From an uncultured Alphaproteobacteria bacterium (GTDB lineage Bacteria; Pseudomonadota; Alphaproteobacteria; HIMB59; GCA-002718135), in assembly GCA_902584805.1 (NCBI GenBank), contig CACIBE010000002.1, positions 1,212 to 65,211 of the forward strand: a stretch of DNA of 64,000 nucleotides. The letters are read 5' to 3'. Below, in pieces: positions 39,567 through 50,113 of this stretch. Below the pieces are notes generated by a model, which saw only the letters and a list, made by a program, of their open reading frames with translations, did not search any database and was not told where the DNA came from. Positions within the stretch are counted from its first letter, which is position 1; every line of letters starts with the position of its first letter. The translations under genes were made by a program, and so were the position numbers.

Positions 39567-40631
39567 ATGCCTGAAACAACTTCAAGAATAATAAAAATTG
39601 CTACAAAAAAAAGATATAAAAATAAATATCATTGGACAGATTATTTTTCTTATTTTTATTTATTTCTAGGTGTTCTTTTAATGTTTGGTCCTGTTGTGTG
39701 GTTAGGATTATCTTCATTAAAGACATTAGCAGGTATACAAGAATATCCTCCAACAATTTTGCCACTTTCTCAAATTCAAGTTGATGTTGAAGGATACGAT
39801 AAACCCTTACCAATTTTTAATGTGACACAAGAAGATGGGTCAGTAAAGCAGTTAGCACAAATTAAAAGAATTGGAATTAATGCTAAAATGGTTGATCCTC
39901 TAAACCCAGGAGAAACAGTAAAAGTACCGATTGATAAAAGAGAAAAAATTAGAGAATTTAAAATTCAGTGGCAAAACTATGTTGATCCTTTAAGAAAGTA
40001 TGATTTTTTACTTTATTTCAAAAACTCAACTTTCATTACTGTTGTAGCAACAATAATAACGCTAATAATAAATTCAATGGCAGCATATGCACTTTCTATA
40101 TATGAGTTTAGAGGGAAAAATTTTGCACTTGTTTTTGTTATAGGTACATTATTAATTCCATTAACGATAATTTTGGTTCCAGTTTTTTATGTTGTTGCAA
40201 ACTTTGGAATGATAAATTCATTATGGGGTGTAATTCTTCCAGGTGCTGCAACACCAACAGGAGTTTTTTTACTTCGTCAATATATGCTTACATTGCCTAG
40301 AGAGCTTATAGAAGCAGCAAGAATGGATCACGCAAGTGAATGGGCAATTTATTGGCGAGTTGTCCTACCTTTATCTATACCTGCTATTGCAGTTTTAGCA
40401 ATTTTTTCCATAATGTGGAGATGGAATGATTTCTTATGGCCTTTAATAGTTTTATCAAAAAGTGAAGTTTATACATTGCAAATTGGATTAAACGCATTTC
40501 ACGGAGAACTTACTAGTCAGTGGAATTATGTATTATCAATGACTATGGTAACTTTATTACCTATAGCAATTATATTTGCTTACTTACAAAAATTTATAAC
40601 AACAGGAATAGCAAGTACAGGTATGAAGTAA
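39567..40631 (+). CDS. Sugar ABC permease (MalG-like)
   Basis: ELIEAARMD; WNDFLWPL. Confidence 0.9.
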   Translation: MPETTSRIIKIATKKRYKNKYHWTDYFSYFYLFLGVLLMFGPVVWLGLSSLKTLAGIQEYPPTILPLSQIQVDVEGYDKPLPIFNVTQEDGSVKQLAQIKRIGINAKMVDPLNPGETVKVPIDKREKIREFKIQWQNYVDPLRKYDFLLYFKNSTFITVVATIITLIINSMAAYALSIYEFRGKNFALVFVIGTLLIPLTIILVPVFYVVANFGMINSLWGVILPGAATPTGVFLLRQYMLTLPRELIEAARMDHASEWAIYWRVVLPLSIPAIAVLAIFSIMWRWNDFLWPLIVLSKSEVYTLQIGLNAFHGELTSQWNYVLSMTMVTLLPIAIIFAYLQKFITTGIASTGMK

Positions 40632-41644
40632 TGCAAGACAAACCTCTAATTTTTTTTGATCCTTATCCAAGAAATGAAGAAATGGTTTTTACCAATGATG
40701 TTAAAACTGAATTAGAAAAAATATCTAATTTAATCTATCACTTTGGTAGTCGAGCTCCTGATGAACTTGTAGATAAAAATATTGAAGAAATTGAAATATT
40801 AGTCGGACAGACTGCTATGCCCAAAGAACGTTTAGATAAATCAAAAAAAATTAAAGCAATTATAAATGTCAAAGCAAATTGGGAACCGAATATTGATTAT
40901 CATGAAGCACATAGAAGAGGTATTTATGTTTTATCAGCTGCACCTGCCATGGCTCCTGCTGTTGCTGAAGCTTGTATAGGTTACGCAATTTCACTTTCTA
41001 GAAATGTTTTGGGAGTTTACAAAAAATTTTTAAATTCTGAAGAGCAATATGGAATTAAAGAAAATAAATTTGCTTACACACTTTTTAACTCAAATGTTGG
41101 GTTAATTGGGTTTGGAAATTTAGCAAAAAGTTTACTTCCTTTGTTAAAACCATTTAATTGTAAAATTTCAGTATTTGATCCATGGTTATCTGATGAATAC
41201 TTAGAAAGCCAAGGAGTAAACCCTGTATCGATTGATGATTTATTATCTAACAATAAATTTATATTCATATTAGCTGGAGTTACTACTGAAAATGAAGGAT
41301 TTATTAGTAAAGATAAATTAAAATTAATTAAAAAAAATAGTTCAGTAGTTCTAGTCAGTAGAGCGGAGGTAGTTGATTTTGACGAATTTATTGAACTTGC
41401 TGAAAATGAATATTTTAGAGCAGCTATAGATGTATATCCAGTCGAGCCTGTGCCAGCAGATTCAACTTTTAGAAAAAAATCTAATATTTTATTTACTTCA
41501 CATGTTGCAGGTGCTTTAGATTATTCATATAAAAATATAAGAGATATGATGATGAATGATATAAAAAAAATCTTGAATGGGATGCCGCCTATACACTTAC
41601 AACATGCTGACCCTGACAAAGCAATCATGAGAAGAGATAGATGA
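40631..41644 (+). CDS. D-2-hydroxyacid dehydrogenase family protein
   Basis: Start moved to the ATG at 40631 (TAATG overlap); GFGNLA, SRA, DVYPVEP, SHVAG. Confidence 0.82.
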   Translation: MQDKPLIFFDPYPRNEEMVFTNDVKTELEKISNLIYHFGSRAPDELVDKNIEEIEILVGQTAMPKERLDKSKKIKAIINVKANWEPNIDYHEAHRRGIYVLSAAPAMAPAVAEACIGYAISLSRNVLGVYKKFLNSEEQYGIKENKFAYTLFNSNVGLIGFGNLAKSLLPLLKPFNCKISVFDPWLSDEYLESQGVNPVSIDDLLSNNKFIFILAGVTTENEGFISKDKLKLIKKNSSVVLVSRAEVVDFDEFIELAENEYFRAAIDVYPVEPVPADSTFRKKSNILFTSHVAGALDYSYKNIRDMMMNDIKKILNGMPPIHLQHADPDKAIMRRDR

Positions 41645-42723
41645 CTGAAATCATATTAAAGGACATTTTTAAAAGTTATGATCAAACAGAAGTAATTCAT
41701 GGAGTTGATTTGAAAGTTGAAAGTGGAAAATTTCTAGTTTTAGTTGGCCCCTCTGGATGTGGTAAGTCAACATTATTAAGAATTATTGCTGGATTAGAAA
41801 GAATTACATCAGGAGAAATTTTAATCGACGGAAATGAAGTAAGCAATATACCCGCTTCAGAAAGAGGTTTGGCTATGGTTTTTCAATCATATGCTTTGTA
41901 TCCTCACATGTCTGTTTTTAAAAATATGGCCTTTGCATTGGAAAATCTAAAAATTGATAAAAAAACAATTGAAGAAAAAGTTAATAGCGCAGCTAAACTT
42001 TTACAAATTGAAGAGTATCTTCAAAGAAAACCAAAAGCACTTTCTGGTGGTCAAAGACAAAGAGTAGCTATTGGCAGAGCAATAGTTAGAGATCCAAAAG
42101 CTTTTTTGTTTGATGAGCCCTTATCTAATCTTGATGCTGAGTTAAGAGTAACAATGAGAAAAGAATTATCAGCACTTCATGAAAAAATCGGTGGTACAAT
42201 GATTTATGTTACACATGATCAAGTTGAAGCAATGACATTGGCTGATCAAATAGTAGTTTTAAATAATGGTTATGTTGCACAAGCAGGAGCACCACTTGAT
42301 TTATATAATAATCCCAGTGATATTTTTGTAGCTGGTTTCATTGGTTCTCCAAAAATGAATTTTATAAAAGTTAATGCAATTGATAAGTCTGGTTCATTTA
42401 ATTTAGTTTCAGATGCATTGAATTTACAAACAAATCATAAAAATTTACAAAATAATACACCTTATTCTCTTGGGATAAGGCCTGAACATATAGAAGTTTG
42501 TGAACAGCAAAATTCAGATTTGAAAGTACATGTTGATTTTACTGAACAGCTCGGAAGTGAAACTTATTTTTATTGTAAGGGTGAAGGAATAAAACAATTA
42601 ATTGTTCATCATACCGGTCAATATCAAATAAATAAGGGAGAAGAATTATATCTTCATTTTAAAAGAGATTCAGTTCATCTTTTTGAAGAGAATGGCATGT
42701 CTGTATCAAAAAAAAATAATTAA
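41641..42723 (+). CDS. Sugar ABC ATPase (MalK/MsmX-like)
   Basis: GPSGCGKST, FQSYALYPHM, LSGGQRQR, DEPLSNLD, GIRPE. Confidence 0.93.
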   Translation: MTEIILKDIFKSYDQTEVIHGVDLKVESGKFLVLVGPSGCGKSTLLRIIAGLERITSGEILIDGNEVSNIPASERGLAMVFQSYALYPHMSVFKNMAFALENLKIDKKTIEEKVNSAAKLLQIEEYLQRKPKALSGGQRQRVAIGRAIVRDPKAFLFDEPLSNLDAELRVTMRKELSALHEKIGGTMIYVTHDQVEAMTLADQIVVLNNGYVAQAGAPLDLYNNPSDIFVAGFIGSPKMNFIKVNAIDKSGSFNLVSDALNLQTNHKNLQNNTPYSLGIRPEHIEVCEQQNSDLKVHVDFTEQLGSETYFYCKGEGIKQLIVHHTGQYQINKGEELYLHFKRDSVHLFEENGMSVSKKNN

Positions 42724-43751
42724 TGAGTTCTAAAAAAATTGGACTTGCCATTATTGGTACGGGTATGGCTGCAAAACCCCATGCCTTGGCTTTAAATGAA
42801 TTAAAGGACGATATTAATGTAGTTGGAGTTTTTTCTCGAAATAAGGAAAAAAGAGAAAATTTTTCTAAAAATTATAATTTTAATTCATTTCAAGACATTG
42901 ATAGTATTTATGATAATCCTGAAGTTGACATGGTGGATATCATCACCCCTCCAAATCAACGCTTAGAACTAGTAGAGCAATTTAGTAAACATGGAAAACA
43001 TATCTTAATGGAAAAACCAATTGAACGAACTTTAGAAAATGCAAAAAGTATAGTCTCAATTTGTGAAAATAATAAAGTTAACCTCGGTATAGTTTTTCAA
43101 CACAGATTTAGAAAATCCTCAATTAAATTAAAATCATTAATAAATGAGAATAAATTTGGTCAAATTTTTTCAGCTCAAATCAATATTCCATGGTGGCGAG
43201 AACAGTCCTATTATGATGAACCAGGTAGAGGAACATACAAGAGAGATGGTGGAGGAGTTCTTATAAGCCAAGCTATTCATACACTTGATCTTGCTATCTG
43301 TCTTTTAGGGGATGTTAAAGACGTGATGGTAATGGCGGAAACTACAAAGTTTCATAAAATGGAGTCAGAAAATTTTGTAACTGGTGGTATTAAATTTAAA
43401 AATAGCGTAATTGCATCTTTATTCGCTTCAACGAGTGTTTTTCCAGGCTCATCAGAGTCAATTGTTCTTCATTGTGAAAATGCAACAGTCAAACTTGAAG
43501 CAGGAACACTTATTATTAATTGGAGGAATGGTAAAAAAGAAGAGTTCGGAGAGGAATCTGGAACTGGCGGTAGTGCTGATCCTATGGCCTTTCCATTTGA
43601 TTGGCATAAAGATCTTATACTTAATTTTACAAAATCAATTAATACAAATAAAAAATTTGAAATTACTGGAAAAGAAGCATTGAAAGTTCATTATCTAATT
43701 GATGCAATGATAGAATCATCTAAAAAAAATAAACTAATTACAATGGAGTAA
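42723..43751 (+). CDS. Gfo/Idh/MocA oxidoreductase
   Basis: GTGMA, MEKP, DGGGVLISQAIHTLD. Confidence 0.9.
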   Translation: MSSKKIGLAIIGTGMAAKPHALALNELKDDINVVGVFSRNKEKRENFSKNYNFNSFQDIDSIYDNPEVDMVDIITPPNQRLELVEQFSKHGKHILMEKPIERTLENAKSIVSICENNKVNLGIVFQHRFRKSSIKLKSLINENKFGQIFSAQINIPWWREQSYYDEPGRGTYKRDGGGVLISQAIHTLDLAICLLGDVKDVMVMAETTKFHKMESENFVTGGIKFKNSVIASLFASTSVFPGSSESIVLHCENATVKLEAGTLIINWRNGKKEEFGEESGTGGSADPMAFPFDWHKDLILNFTKSINTNKKFEITGKEALKVHYLIDAMIESSKKNKLITME

Positions 43752-43762
43752 AATATTTAATC

Positions 43763-44779
43763 ATGAGAAAAATTAAAGTTGCTGCAATGGGTGTTGAGCA
43801 TAGACACATTTTTGGACAATTAAATGGTATGTTAAATTTGGGATGCGAATGTGTTGGCTGGTGGAATGAAACGGATAATAAAATTACAAAAGATTTTAAT
43901 GAAAAACATCCTGATATACCTCGCTTTACAAATAAAGAGGATTTATTAAAAAATAAAGAAATTGAATTAGTATTGATAGCAGACATTCCAGTTAAAAGAG
44001 CAGCTTTAGCTATTGAGTGTATGAATGCTGGAAAAGATGTAATGTTAGATAAACCTGGTTGTACAACTTTAGAACAACTTAAAGAAATTGAAAATACTGC
44101 AAAAAAAACAGGAAAAATTTTTTCAATTGATTTTTCTGAAAGATTTGAAGTGCCGTCAGTTCAAGCTGCCTATGATTTAATTCAAGCGGGTGAAATTGGA
44201 GATGTTGTTCAAACAATTGGAATGGGACCTCACCGATTGAATATCCAAACTAGACCTGATTGGTTTTTTGATTACGATCAATATGGCGGTATTTTATGTG
44301 ATATTGCTTCACATCAAATAGATCAGTTTTTATTTTTTACTGGATCTAAAAATGTAGAAATTATAAATTCTTCAACAGGTAATTTTTCAAATCCTGAACA
44401 TAATAAGTTTGAAGATTTTGGTGAAATTTTAATTCATGGAGATAAGGGTAGAGGTTACATTAGGGTAGACTGGTACACTCCTGATGCTTTACCTAATTGG
44501 GGTGATGGCAGATTGACTATTTTAGGTACAAAAGGATACATTGAATTAAGAAAGTATGTCGATCTTGTTGGTAGAGAGGGTACAGATCACCTTTTTTTTG
44601 TTAATAATAAAAAATATGAATATAAAAATGCTTCTAAAGAACCCCTAACATATTTTAAGAGATTAATGGGTGATGTTATAAACAGAACTAGTACTGCAAT
44701 GGATCAATCACATTGTTTAAAAGTTATGGAATTGGCAATCAAAGCTCAAAAAAAAGCGATTAGGCTTGGCAATATATAA
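43763..44779 (+). CDS. Gfo/Idh/MocA oxidoreductase
   Basis: H.HIFG, DKPG, GPHR, GGILCDIASHQIDQF, WGDGR. Confidence 0.88.
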   Translation: MRKIKVAAMGVEHRHIFGQLNGMLNLGCECVGWWNETDNKITKDFNEKHPDIPRFTNKEDLLKNKEIELVLIADIPVKRAALAIECMNAGKDVMLDKPGCTTLEQLKEIENTAKKTGKIFSIDFSERFEVPSVQAAYDLIQAGEIGDVVQTIGMGPHRLNIQTRPDWFFDYDQYGGILCDIASHQIDQFLFFTGSKNVEIINSSTGNFSNPEHNKFEDFGEILIHGDKGRGYIRVDWYTPDALPNWGDGRLTILGTKGYIELRKYVDLVGREGTDHLFFVNNKKYEYKNASKEPLTYFKRLMGDVINRTSTAMDQSHCLKVMELAIKAQKKAIRLGNI

Positions 44780-45994
44780 GTGATGAATATGTCTAATCAG
44801 GAATTATCCGATACTTTAGAAGACGTTATTAATAATACAAAAATTTTTGATATTCATACGCATTTATTTCCATCTGCCTTTAAAAGTCATTCTCTTTTTG
44901 GTTTTATTAATTTATTAAACTATCATTATTTAATTGCAGAATTATTAACCAATGCAAATATAAGTGCAGAAAAATTTTACTCTCTGGATGACGTAAATAA
45001 AGCAAAACTTATCTGGGAAGAATTATTTCAAAATAGAACACCAATTTCTGAAGCGTGTAAAGGCGTACTAACTGTACTTCAAAAATTAGATATTAATTAT
45101 AATAATAAAACTTTTGAAGAACTAAACAATGAATATGAAAATAAATCTCTTACAGACGAAAAAATTTTAAAATTATCAAACGTTTCTTCTTTAGTCATGA
45201 CAAATAATCCATTTGATATTGATGAATGGAATTTATATAAAGATAATGATTGGGATAGAAATATATTTCAATCATCATTAAGACTGGATGATTTAATTAT
45301 TAACAATTCCCAAGCAACTGAGGTTGCAAAAAATCAAACTAAGATAAATCAAAAAGCAGATGATATTGTAATAAATTATTTAGATAGTTGTTTTTTAGTA
45401 TCAAATCCAGTGTATGCAGCTATTTCAGCAAATTCAGATAATTTTAAAGAAATCTTAAATGATCCTCTTTGGAAATTAATTTTATCATGGTTAAATAAAA
45501 AAAATATCCCATTGTCTTTAATGTTAGGTGTTAAACGAGCTGTAAATAGTAGTTTTGGTTTAGCTGGAGACGGGATTGGTGATATTAATCTCAAAGAACT
45601 AAGTAAATTATGTAATTCTTTTCCGGAAAACAAATTTCTTGTAACTTGTTTATCTTTAAATGATCAGCACGAATTAACTGTCTTAGCTCGTAAACATCCT
45701 AATTTAAAAATATTTGGTTTTTGGTGGTTTATGAACCAGCCAAGTATTATAAAAATTGTTCTAAAAATGAGGATTGATATGCTAGGTCTTTCATTTATAC
45801 CTCAGCATTCCGATGCAAGAGTTACAGATCAACTTATATATAAATGGTCTCATTTCAAAAATATCTTACATGAAATTTTATATGAATATTATAAAGATCT
45901 TTCTAAGAAAAATTTCGAGTTATCAAAATTTATAATAGAAAGGGATATTAATAATTTATTAAATCAAAACGCAAAAAGTTTTTTTCTTAAGTAA
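44780..45994 (+). CDS. uxaC: Uronate (glucuronate/galacturonate) isomerase, divergent BH0493-type
   Basis: DIHTHL, LLNYHYL.AE, SEAC.GV, MTNNPF, GFWWF, PQHSDAR. Confidence 0.8.
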   Translation: MMNMSNQELSDTLEDVINNTKIFDIHTHLFPSAFKSHSLFGFINLLNYHYLIAELLTNANISAEKFYSLDDVNKAKLIWEELFQNRTPISEACKGVLTVLQKLDINYNNKTFEELNNEYENKSLTDEKILKLSNVSSLVMTNNPFDIDEWNLYKDNDWDRNIFQSSLRLDDLIINNSQATEVAKNQTKINQKADDIVINYLDSCFLVSNPVYAAISANSDNFKEILNDPLWKLILSWLNKKNIPLSLMLGVKRAVNSSFGLAGDGIGDINLKELSKLCNSFPENKFLVTCLSLNDQHELTVLARKHPNLKIFGFWWFMNQPSIIKIVLKMRIDMLGLSFIPQHSDARVTDQLIYKWSHFKNILHEILYEYYKDLSKKNFELSKFIIERDINNLLNQNAKSFFLK

Positions 45995-46757
45995 CTGCAT
46001 ATTTTACTAAATTATTATAGCTAATCCGAAGTGAATCAAAAGGATCGCCATTACATTCATCTTGTTCAACAATAAACCACATACAACCTGAATCTGTTGC
46101 TGTTTTAACAATATTTTTGATATCTAAATTACCTAAGCCAACCTCTGCAAAAAAACTTTCTTGATCATTTATCATTATAAAATCTTTTAAATGTAATAAT
46201 GGCATTCGTTGATCTAATTTTTTACACCACATTAATGGATTTTGACCACCTTTTTGTATCCAATAAATATCTGGCTCTCCTTGTATGAATCTACTATCTG
46301 TATTTTTATAAATTCTTTCTAAAATTATTTCATTTTGAACTTTTTGGAATTCAAGTGCATGATTATGGTAGCATAACACCTTTCCTTCTGCATGAAACTT
46401 GGAGCCAGCGATATTAATATCTTCTATGAATTTATCAATTTCTTCTAAGTTTTTCATATCTACATTTAATGGATAAGGAAGAGCGGAATATTCGCAATTA
46501 AAAATATTTAGCTTATTAATAACTTCATCAGTATTATTTATAATTTGTTCATTTGGTTCATGTGTAGCGCATATAACTAACCTCAAATCTTCACACATGC
46601 TTTTTATTGTTTTAGGATTAATTAAACCAACACCACTGATTTGAATGCTACTATATCCAATATTTTTAATTTTTTTTAGACTTTCAAATAAATCTTTTTC
46701 ATTTTGGCAAAAATCTCTAACGGTATAAAGAGTTACTGCAATTTGATTAATTTTCAT
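45987..46757 (-). CDS. Sugar phosphate isomerase/epimerase (xylose isomerase-like TIM barrel, AP endonuclease 2 family)
   Basis: LYTVRD, YHNH..EF, E.D.YW, HLKD, EVG.G, VEQD. Confidence 0.85.
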   Translation of the reverse strand: MKINQIAVTLYTVRDFCQNEKDLFESLKKIKNIGYSSIQISGVGLINPKTIKSMCEDLRLVICATHEPNEQIINNTDEVINKLNIFNCEYSALPYPLNVDMKNLEEIDKFIEDINIAGSKFHAEGKVLCYHNHALEFQKVQNEIILERIYKNTDSRFIQGEPDIYWIQKGGQNPLMWCKKLDQRMPLLHLKDFIMINDQESFFAEVGLGNLDIKNIVKTATDSGCMWFIVEQDECNGDPFDSLRISYNNLVKYAVT

Positions 46758-47857
46758 CTTGATTTACTTATCATTTCTTCTAATTTTTGTTCATATTTAA
46801 TCTCATCTAAAGGAAGCTCAATTTTTTTTTCCTCTAATCCCGATAGAACCATCGCATTAATTAATTCAACTGAATTTAAACCATCTTTTCCATTCACTAA
46901 CAGTTTTTCTTTTCCTAGGAGGAAGTTTGTAAAGTTTTGAATAAGTCTTTGATGCTCAATATGTTGATCCAAATCAGCCTTAAAATTAAAATTAATTTTT
47001 TCTTTTTTAGGCATTCCAAAAAGTGTTTTAGAGTTTTTAATAAATTCAGTAGATGAATCTATTTTTTCCCATGTAACATTATTATCCTGAATTGTAATTA
47101 AACCCTTATCTGATGCAATTTCCAACCTGTTTACACCAGGAGCTTCACCTGTTGTTGTAATAAATACACCTTTTAATCCATTTTTATATTTAAAGATTGA
47201 AGTCACTTCATCTTCAACTTCTATCTCATGAAAGCGACCTAATCCCAAATCAGTATATACACTATCAGGCATACCAAATAACCACTGACACAAATCAAGT
47301 TGGTGAATACTCTGATTTATTAAAACGCCTCCACCTTCACTTTCCCATTTAGCTCTCCAATTAGACGTCTGATAATAATAGTTTGTTCTAAACCAATTAG
47401 TTATTGTCCATTGAAAACGGTAAACTTTACCTAGTTCGTTTCCATTAATTAGTTCCTTTATCTTAACATAAACAGGATTAGTCCTTTGATTTAGCATAAC
47501 AGTAAAAAATGCTTTAAAACTTTGTGAAATATTAATAAATTCTCGACACTTTTTACTAGTTATTGCTAAGGGTTTTTCAATTATAACATTAATATTATTT
47601 TCGAGAGCTTTTTTTGCTAGATCTATGTGTGATTTATGAGGTGTAGCAATGATTGCCGCATCTATAATTTTATTATCAAAAAAATTATCAGTATTTTCAA
47701 AAAAAGTAATATTTTCATATTTATTTTTATATTCTACATTTGAATCAGCAACTGCGGCTAAGATGGCATTTTCTATTTTATTCTCTTGTAATTTTTGAGC
47801 ATGATTTGCTCCCATACCTCCTATGCCAATAACACCATATCTGACAGGTTTTTCCAT
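46754..47857 (-). CDS. Gfo/Idh/MocA oxidoreductase
   Basis: GIGGMG, EKP, NQR, WRAKW.SEGGGVLINQSIHQLD. Confidence 0.9.
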   Translation of the reverse strand: MEKPVRYGVIGIGGMGANHAQKLQENKIENAILAAVADSNVEYKNKYENITFFENTDNFFDNKIIDAAIIATPHKSHIDLAKKALENNINVIIEKPLAITSKKCREFINISQSFKAFFTVMLNQRTNPVYVKIKELINGNELGKVYRFQWTITNWFRTNYYYQTSNWRAKWESEGGGVLINQSIHQLDLCQWLFGMPDSVYTDLGLGRFHEIEVEDEVTSIFKYKNGLKGVFITTTGEAPGVNRLEIASDKGLITIQDNNVTWEKIDSSTEFIKNSKTLFGMPKKEKINFNFKADLDQHIEHQRLIQNFTNFLLGKEKLLVNGKDGLNSVELINAMVLSGLEEKKIELPLDEIKYEQKLEEMISKSR

Positions 47858-47898
47858 AATTAATTTTATTATATTAAAATAAAAAATATTTAATTAAT

Positions 47899-48651
47899 TT
47901 ATGAAAGTATTGGATCTTTTACTGGAATAATCGGCACTCCGCCTGGGGATTGTTCTGTGCCAGAAATTTCAATAGTGCTAATATTGCTTCGCCATCTAAC
48001 ACTTACTGCAAACATAATAGCATCAGCAATATCTTTTGGCTCGAGAAGAGTAAAACCAGACATAAATTTTTTAGCTTTATTTTTATCTGTAAATGCAGCT
48101 TTACCAAAATTTGTTTTAGTTCTTCCAGGACATATTTCAGAAACTTTAACTCTTGAACCGCTAAGTTCAATTCTTAAGCTTTGTGCGATTCTATGGATAG
48201 CACCTTTTTGACCGCCATAAACAGTACTCATTTGTGGGTATAGACCTGCAAGAGACCCCATTAAAACTACATGTCCTTTTCTTCTTTTTATCATTCCTGG
48301 AACAATAGCTTTTAAAGTATGAAGATAAGACTCGACATTTAATCTTGTAGATAATTCAATATCTTGCCTTGACGCTTTTAATATACCTTCAGCCCCTCTT
48401 CCAATGCCTGCATTACAAACTACAATATCAACTTTTACTTTGGAGAGTTTTTTATAAATTTGATCCGTGTCAAAGAGATCAATTTGAATGATTTCAAATT
48501 TATGTTTTTTTTTCAATTTCTCTAATATTGAAACGTCTTTATCAAGAGCATAAACTTTTACATTTTCTTTTAAAAATCTTTTAAGTGTTTCTAAGCCAAT
48601 ACCACTTGATGCACCAGTTATAAGCACACTTTTATATATTTTATTGATCAT
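47899..48651 (-). CDS. Short-chain dehydrogenase/reductase (SDR)
   Basis: TGASSGIG, NAG, YGGQK. Confidence 0.88.
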   Translation of the reverse strand: MINKIYKSVLITGASSGIGLETLKRFLKENVKVYALDKDVSILEKLKKKHKFEIIQIDLFDTDQIYKKLSKVKVDIVVCNAGIGRGAEGILKASRQDIELSTRLNVESYLHTLKAIVPGMIKRRKGHVVLMGSLAGLYPQMSTVYGGQKGAIHRIAQSLRIELSGSRVKVSEICPGRTKTNFGKAAFTDKNKAKKFMSGFTLLEPKDIADAIMFAVSVRWRSNISTIEISGTEQSPGGVPIIPVKDPILS

Positions 48652-48681
48652 CTTCTGTTTAAGTATATTTTAATTATTAAT

Positions 48682-50112
48682 ATGCAATTAAATAAAAACA
48701 TAAATAGAAATCTTTTAAAAGAACAATCATTTCCAAGTTATAATATTAATAATAATGAAGATTGCATACTTCATTTCGGTATTGGTAATTTTCATAGAGC
48801 TCACCAAGCACTATATATTCATGAAATATTAGAAAATAATAAAAACATTTCCATAATTGGGGTCAATTTAAGGTCTGAAGAAACAAATAATAAAATGCAG
48901 TTGCAAGACTACTTGTATTCTTTGGTAAGGATATCAAATAATTACAAAAAAGTTGATATTTTAAATCCAATTAAAAAAGTTTTATTTGGTTTAAAACACA
49001 AGAATGAAATAAGAAATTTAATTGTATCTGAAAAAATTAAATTAATTACAATTACTGTTACAGAAAAGGGATATCATTTTGATAAAAATAAAAAATTAAA
49101 TTTTTCGAATCAAATTATTAATGATCTAGAGGATAAAGAGTTATTAACTTTGATAGGTCATCTAAGTTTTGGAATAATAGAAAGATATAAGAAAAACAAA
49201 AAAAAATTAATCGTTTTAAGTTGCGATAATTTGTCTGAAAATGGAACAATTTTAAAAAATTTAGTTAAACAATTTATAGAAAAAAAATATCCAAAGTGTT
49301 TAGATTGGTTTGATAATAATATTGAGTTCCCATTATCTATGGTTGATGGAATTGTTCCAAATAATAATAAACAATCTGAATATTTTAACTTGCCATATAA
49401 TGATAATACAATTGTGGTTACTGAACCTTATAGAGATTGGTATATTCAATCAAATAATGATGAGCTAAAAAATATTTTATCAAATAATAAAATAAAATTT
49501 GTTGAAGATGTAAAATTTTATGAAAATAATAAACTTAAAATACTGAATGCTTCCCACTCAGCTGTAGCATACATTGGTCATTTGTGTGGGTATACATATG
49601 TTCATGAAGCAATAAAGGATAAAAATATTTACAATTTTATTTTAAATTTTTTAGACCAAGAAGTGTTACCCACTTTAGAAACTAAAGATGACTTTAATAT
49701 TAATGAGTACAAAATGAAAATTTTAGAAAGATTTAAAAATACCTACATAGAGGATAAATTGTTAAGAATTGCTATGGATGGTTCTTTAAAAATACCTATA
49801 AGAATACTTGATACCTACAATAATAATAAAGGAGCAACTAAATATATTCAATTTATCATAGCCTCTTGGTTATTTTTCTTATTTCAAATTATTGAAGAAG
49901 ACCAAAATAGACTGGATGATGGAAATAAAGAATACTTTTACAGTGTTTACAAAAATAATAAGGATAATTTTTTTGAAGAAATAATTAATAATAAAAATAT
50001 TTTTAATCTTTCAGAAAGTAAAAAAGAAGAAATGTTAACAGCAGTCAAAAAAAATCTAAATTTAATGAAAGAAAATCCTTTAAAATCATTATTAAAAGAA
50101 ATAATTTCATAA
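48682..50112 (+). CDS. uxuB: Mannitol dehydrogenase family, fructuronate reductase-like
   Basis: HFGIGNFHRAHQA, TVTEKGY, LSCDNL, SMVD.IVP, KLKILNASHS, RIAMDGS.KIP. Confidence 0.78.
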   Translation: MQLNKNINRNLLKEQSFPSYNINNNEDCILHFGIGNFHRAHQALYIHEILENNKNISIIGVNLRSEETNNKMQLQDYLYSLVRISNNYKKVDILNPIKKVLFGLKHKNEIRNLIVSEKIKLITITVTEKGYHFDKNKKLNFSNQIINDLEDKELLTLIGHLSFGIIERYKKNKKKLIVLSCDNLSENGTILKNLVKQFIEKKYPKCLDWFDNNIEFPLSMVDGIVPNNNKQSEYFNLPYNDNTIVVTEPYRDWYIQSNNDELKNILSNNKIKFVEDVKFYENNKLKILNASHSAVAYIGHLCGYTYVHEAIKDKNIYNFILNFLDQEVLPTLETKDDFNINEYKMKILERFKNTYIEDKLLRIAMDGSLKIPIRILDTYNNNKGATKYIQFIIASWLFFLFQIIEEDQNRLDDGNKEYFYSVYKNNKDNFFEEIINNKNIFNLSESKKEEMLTAVKKNLNLMKENPLKSLLKEIIS

Positions 50113-50113
50113 G

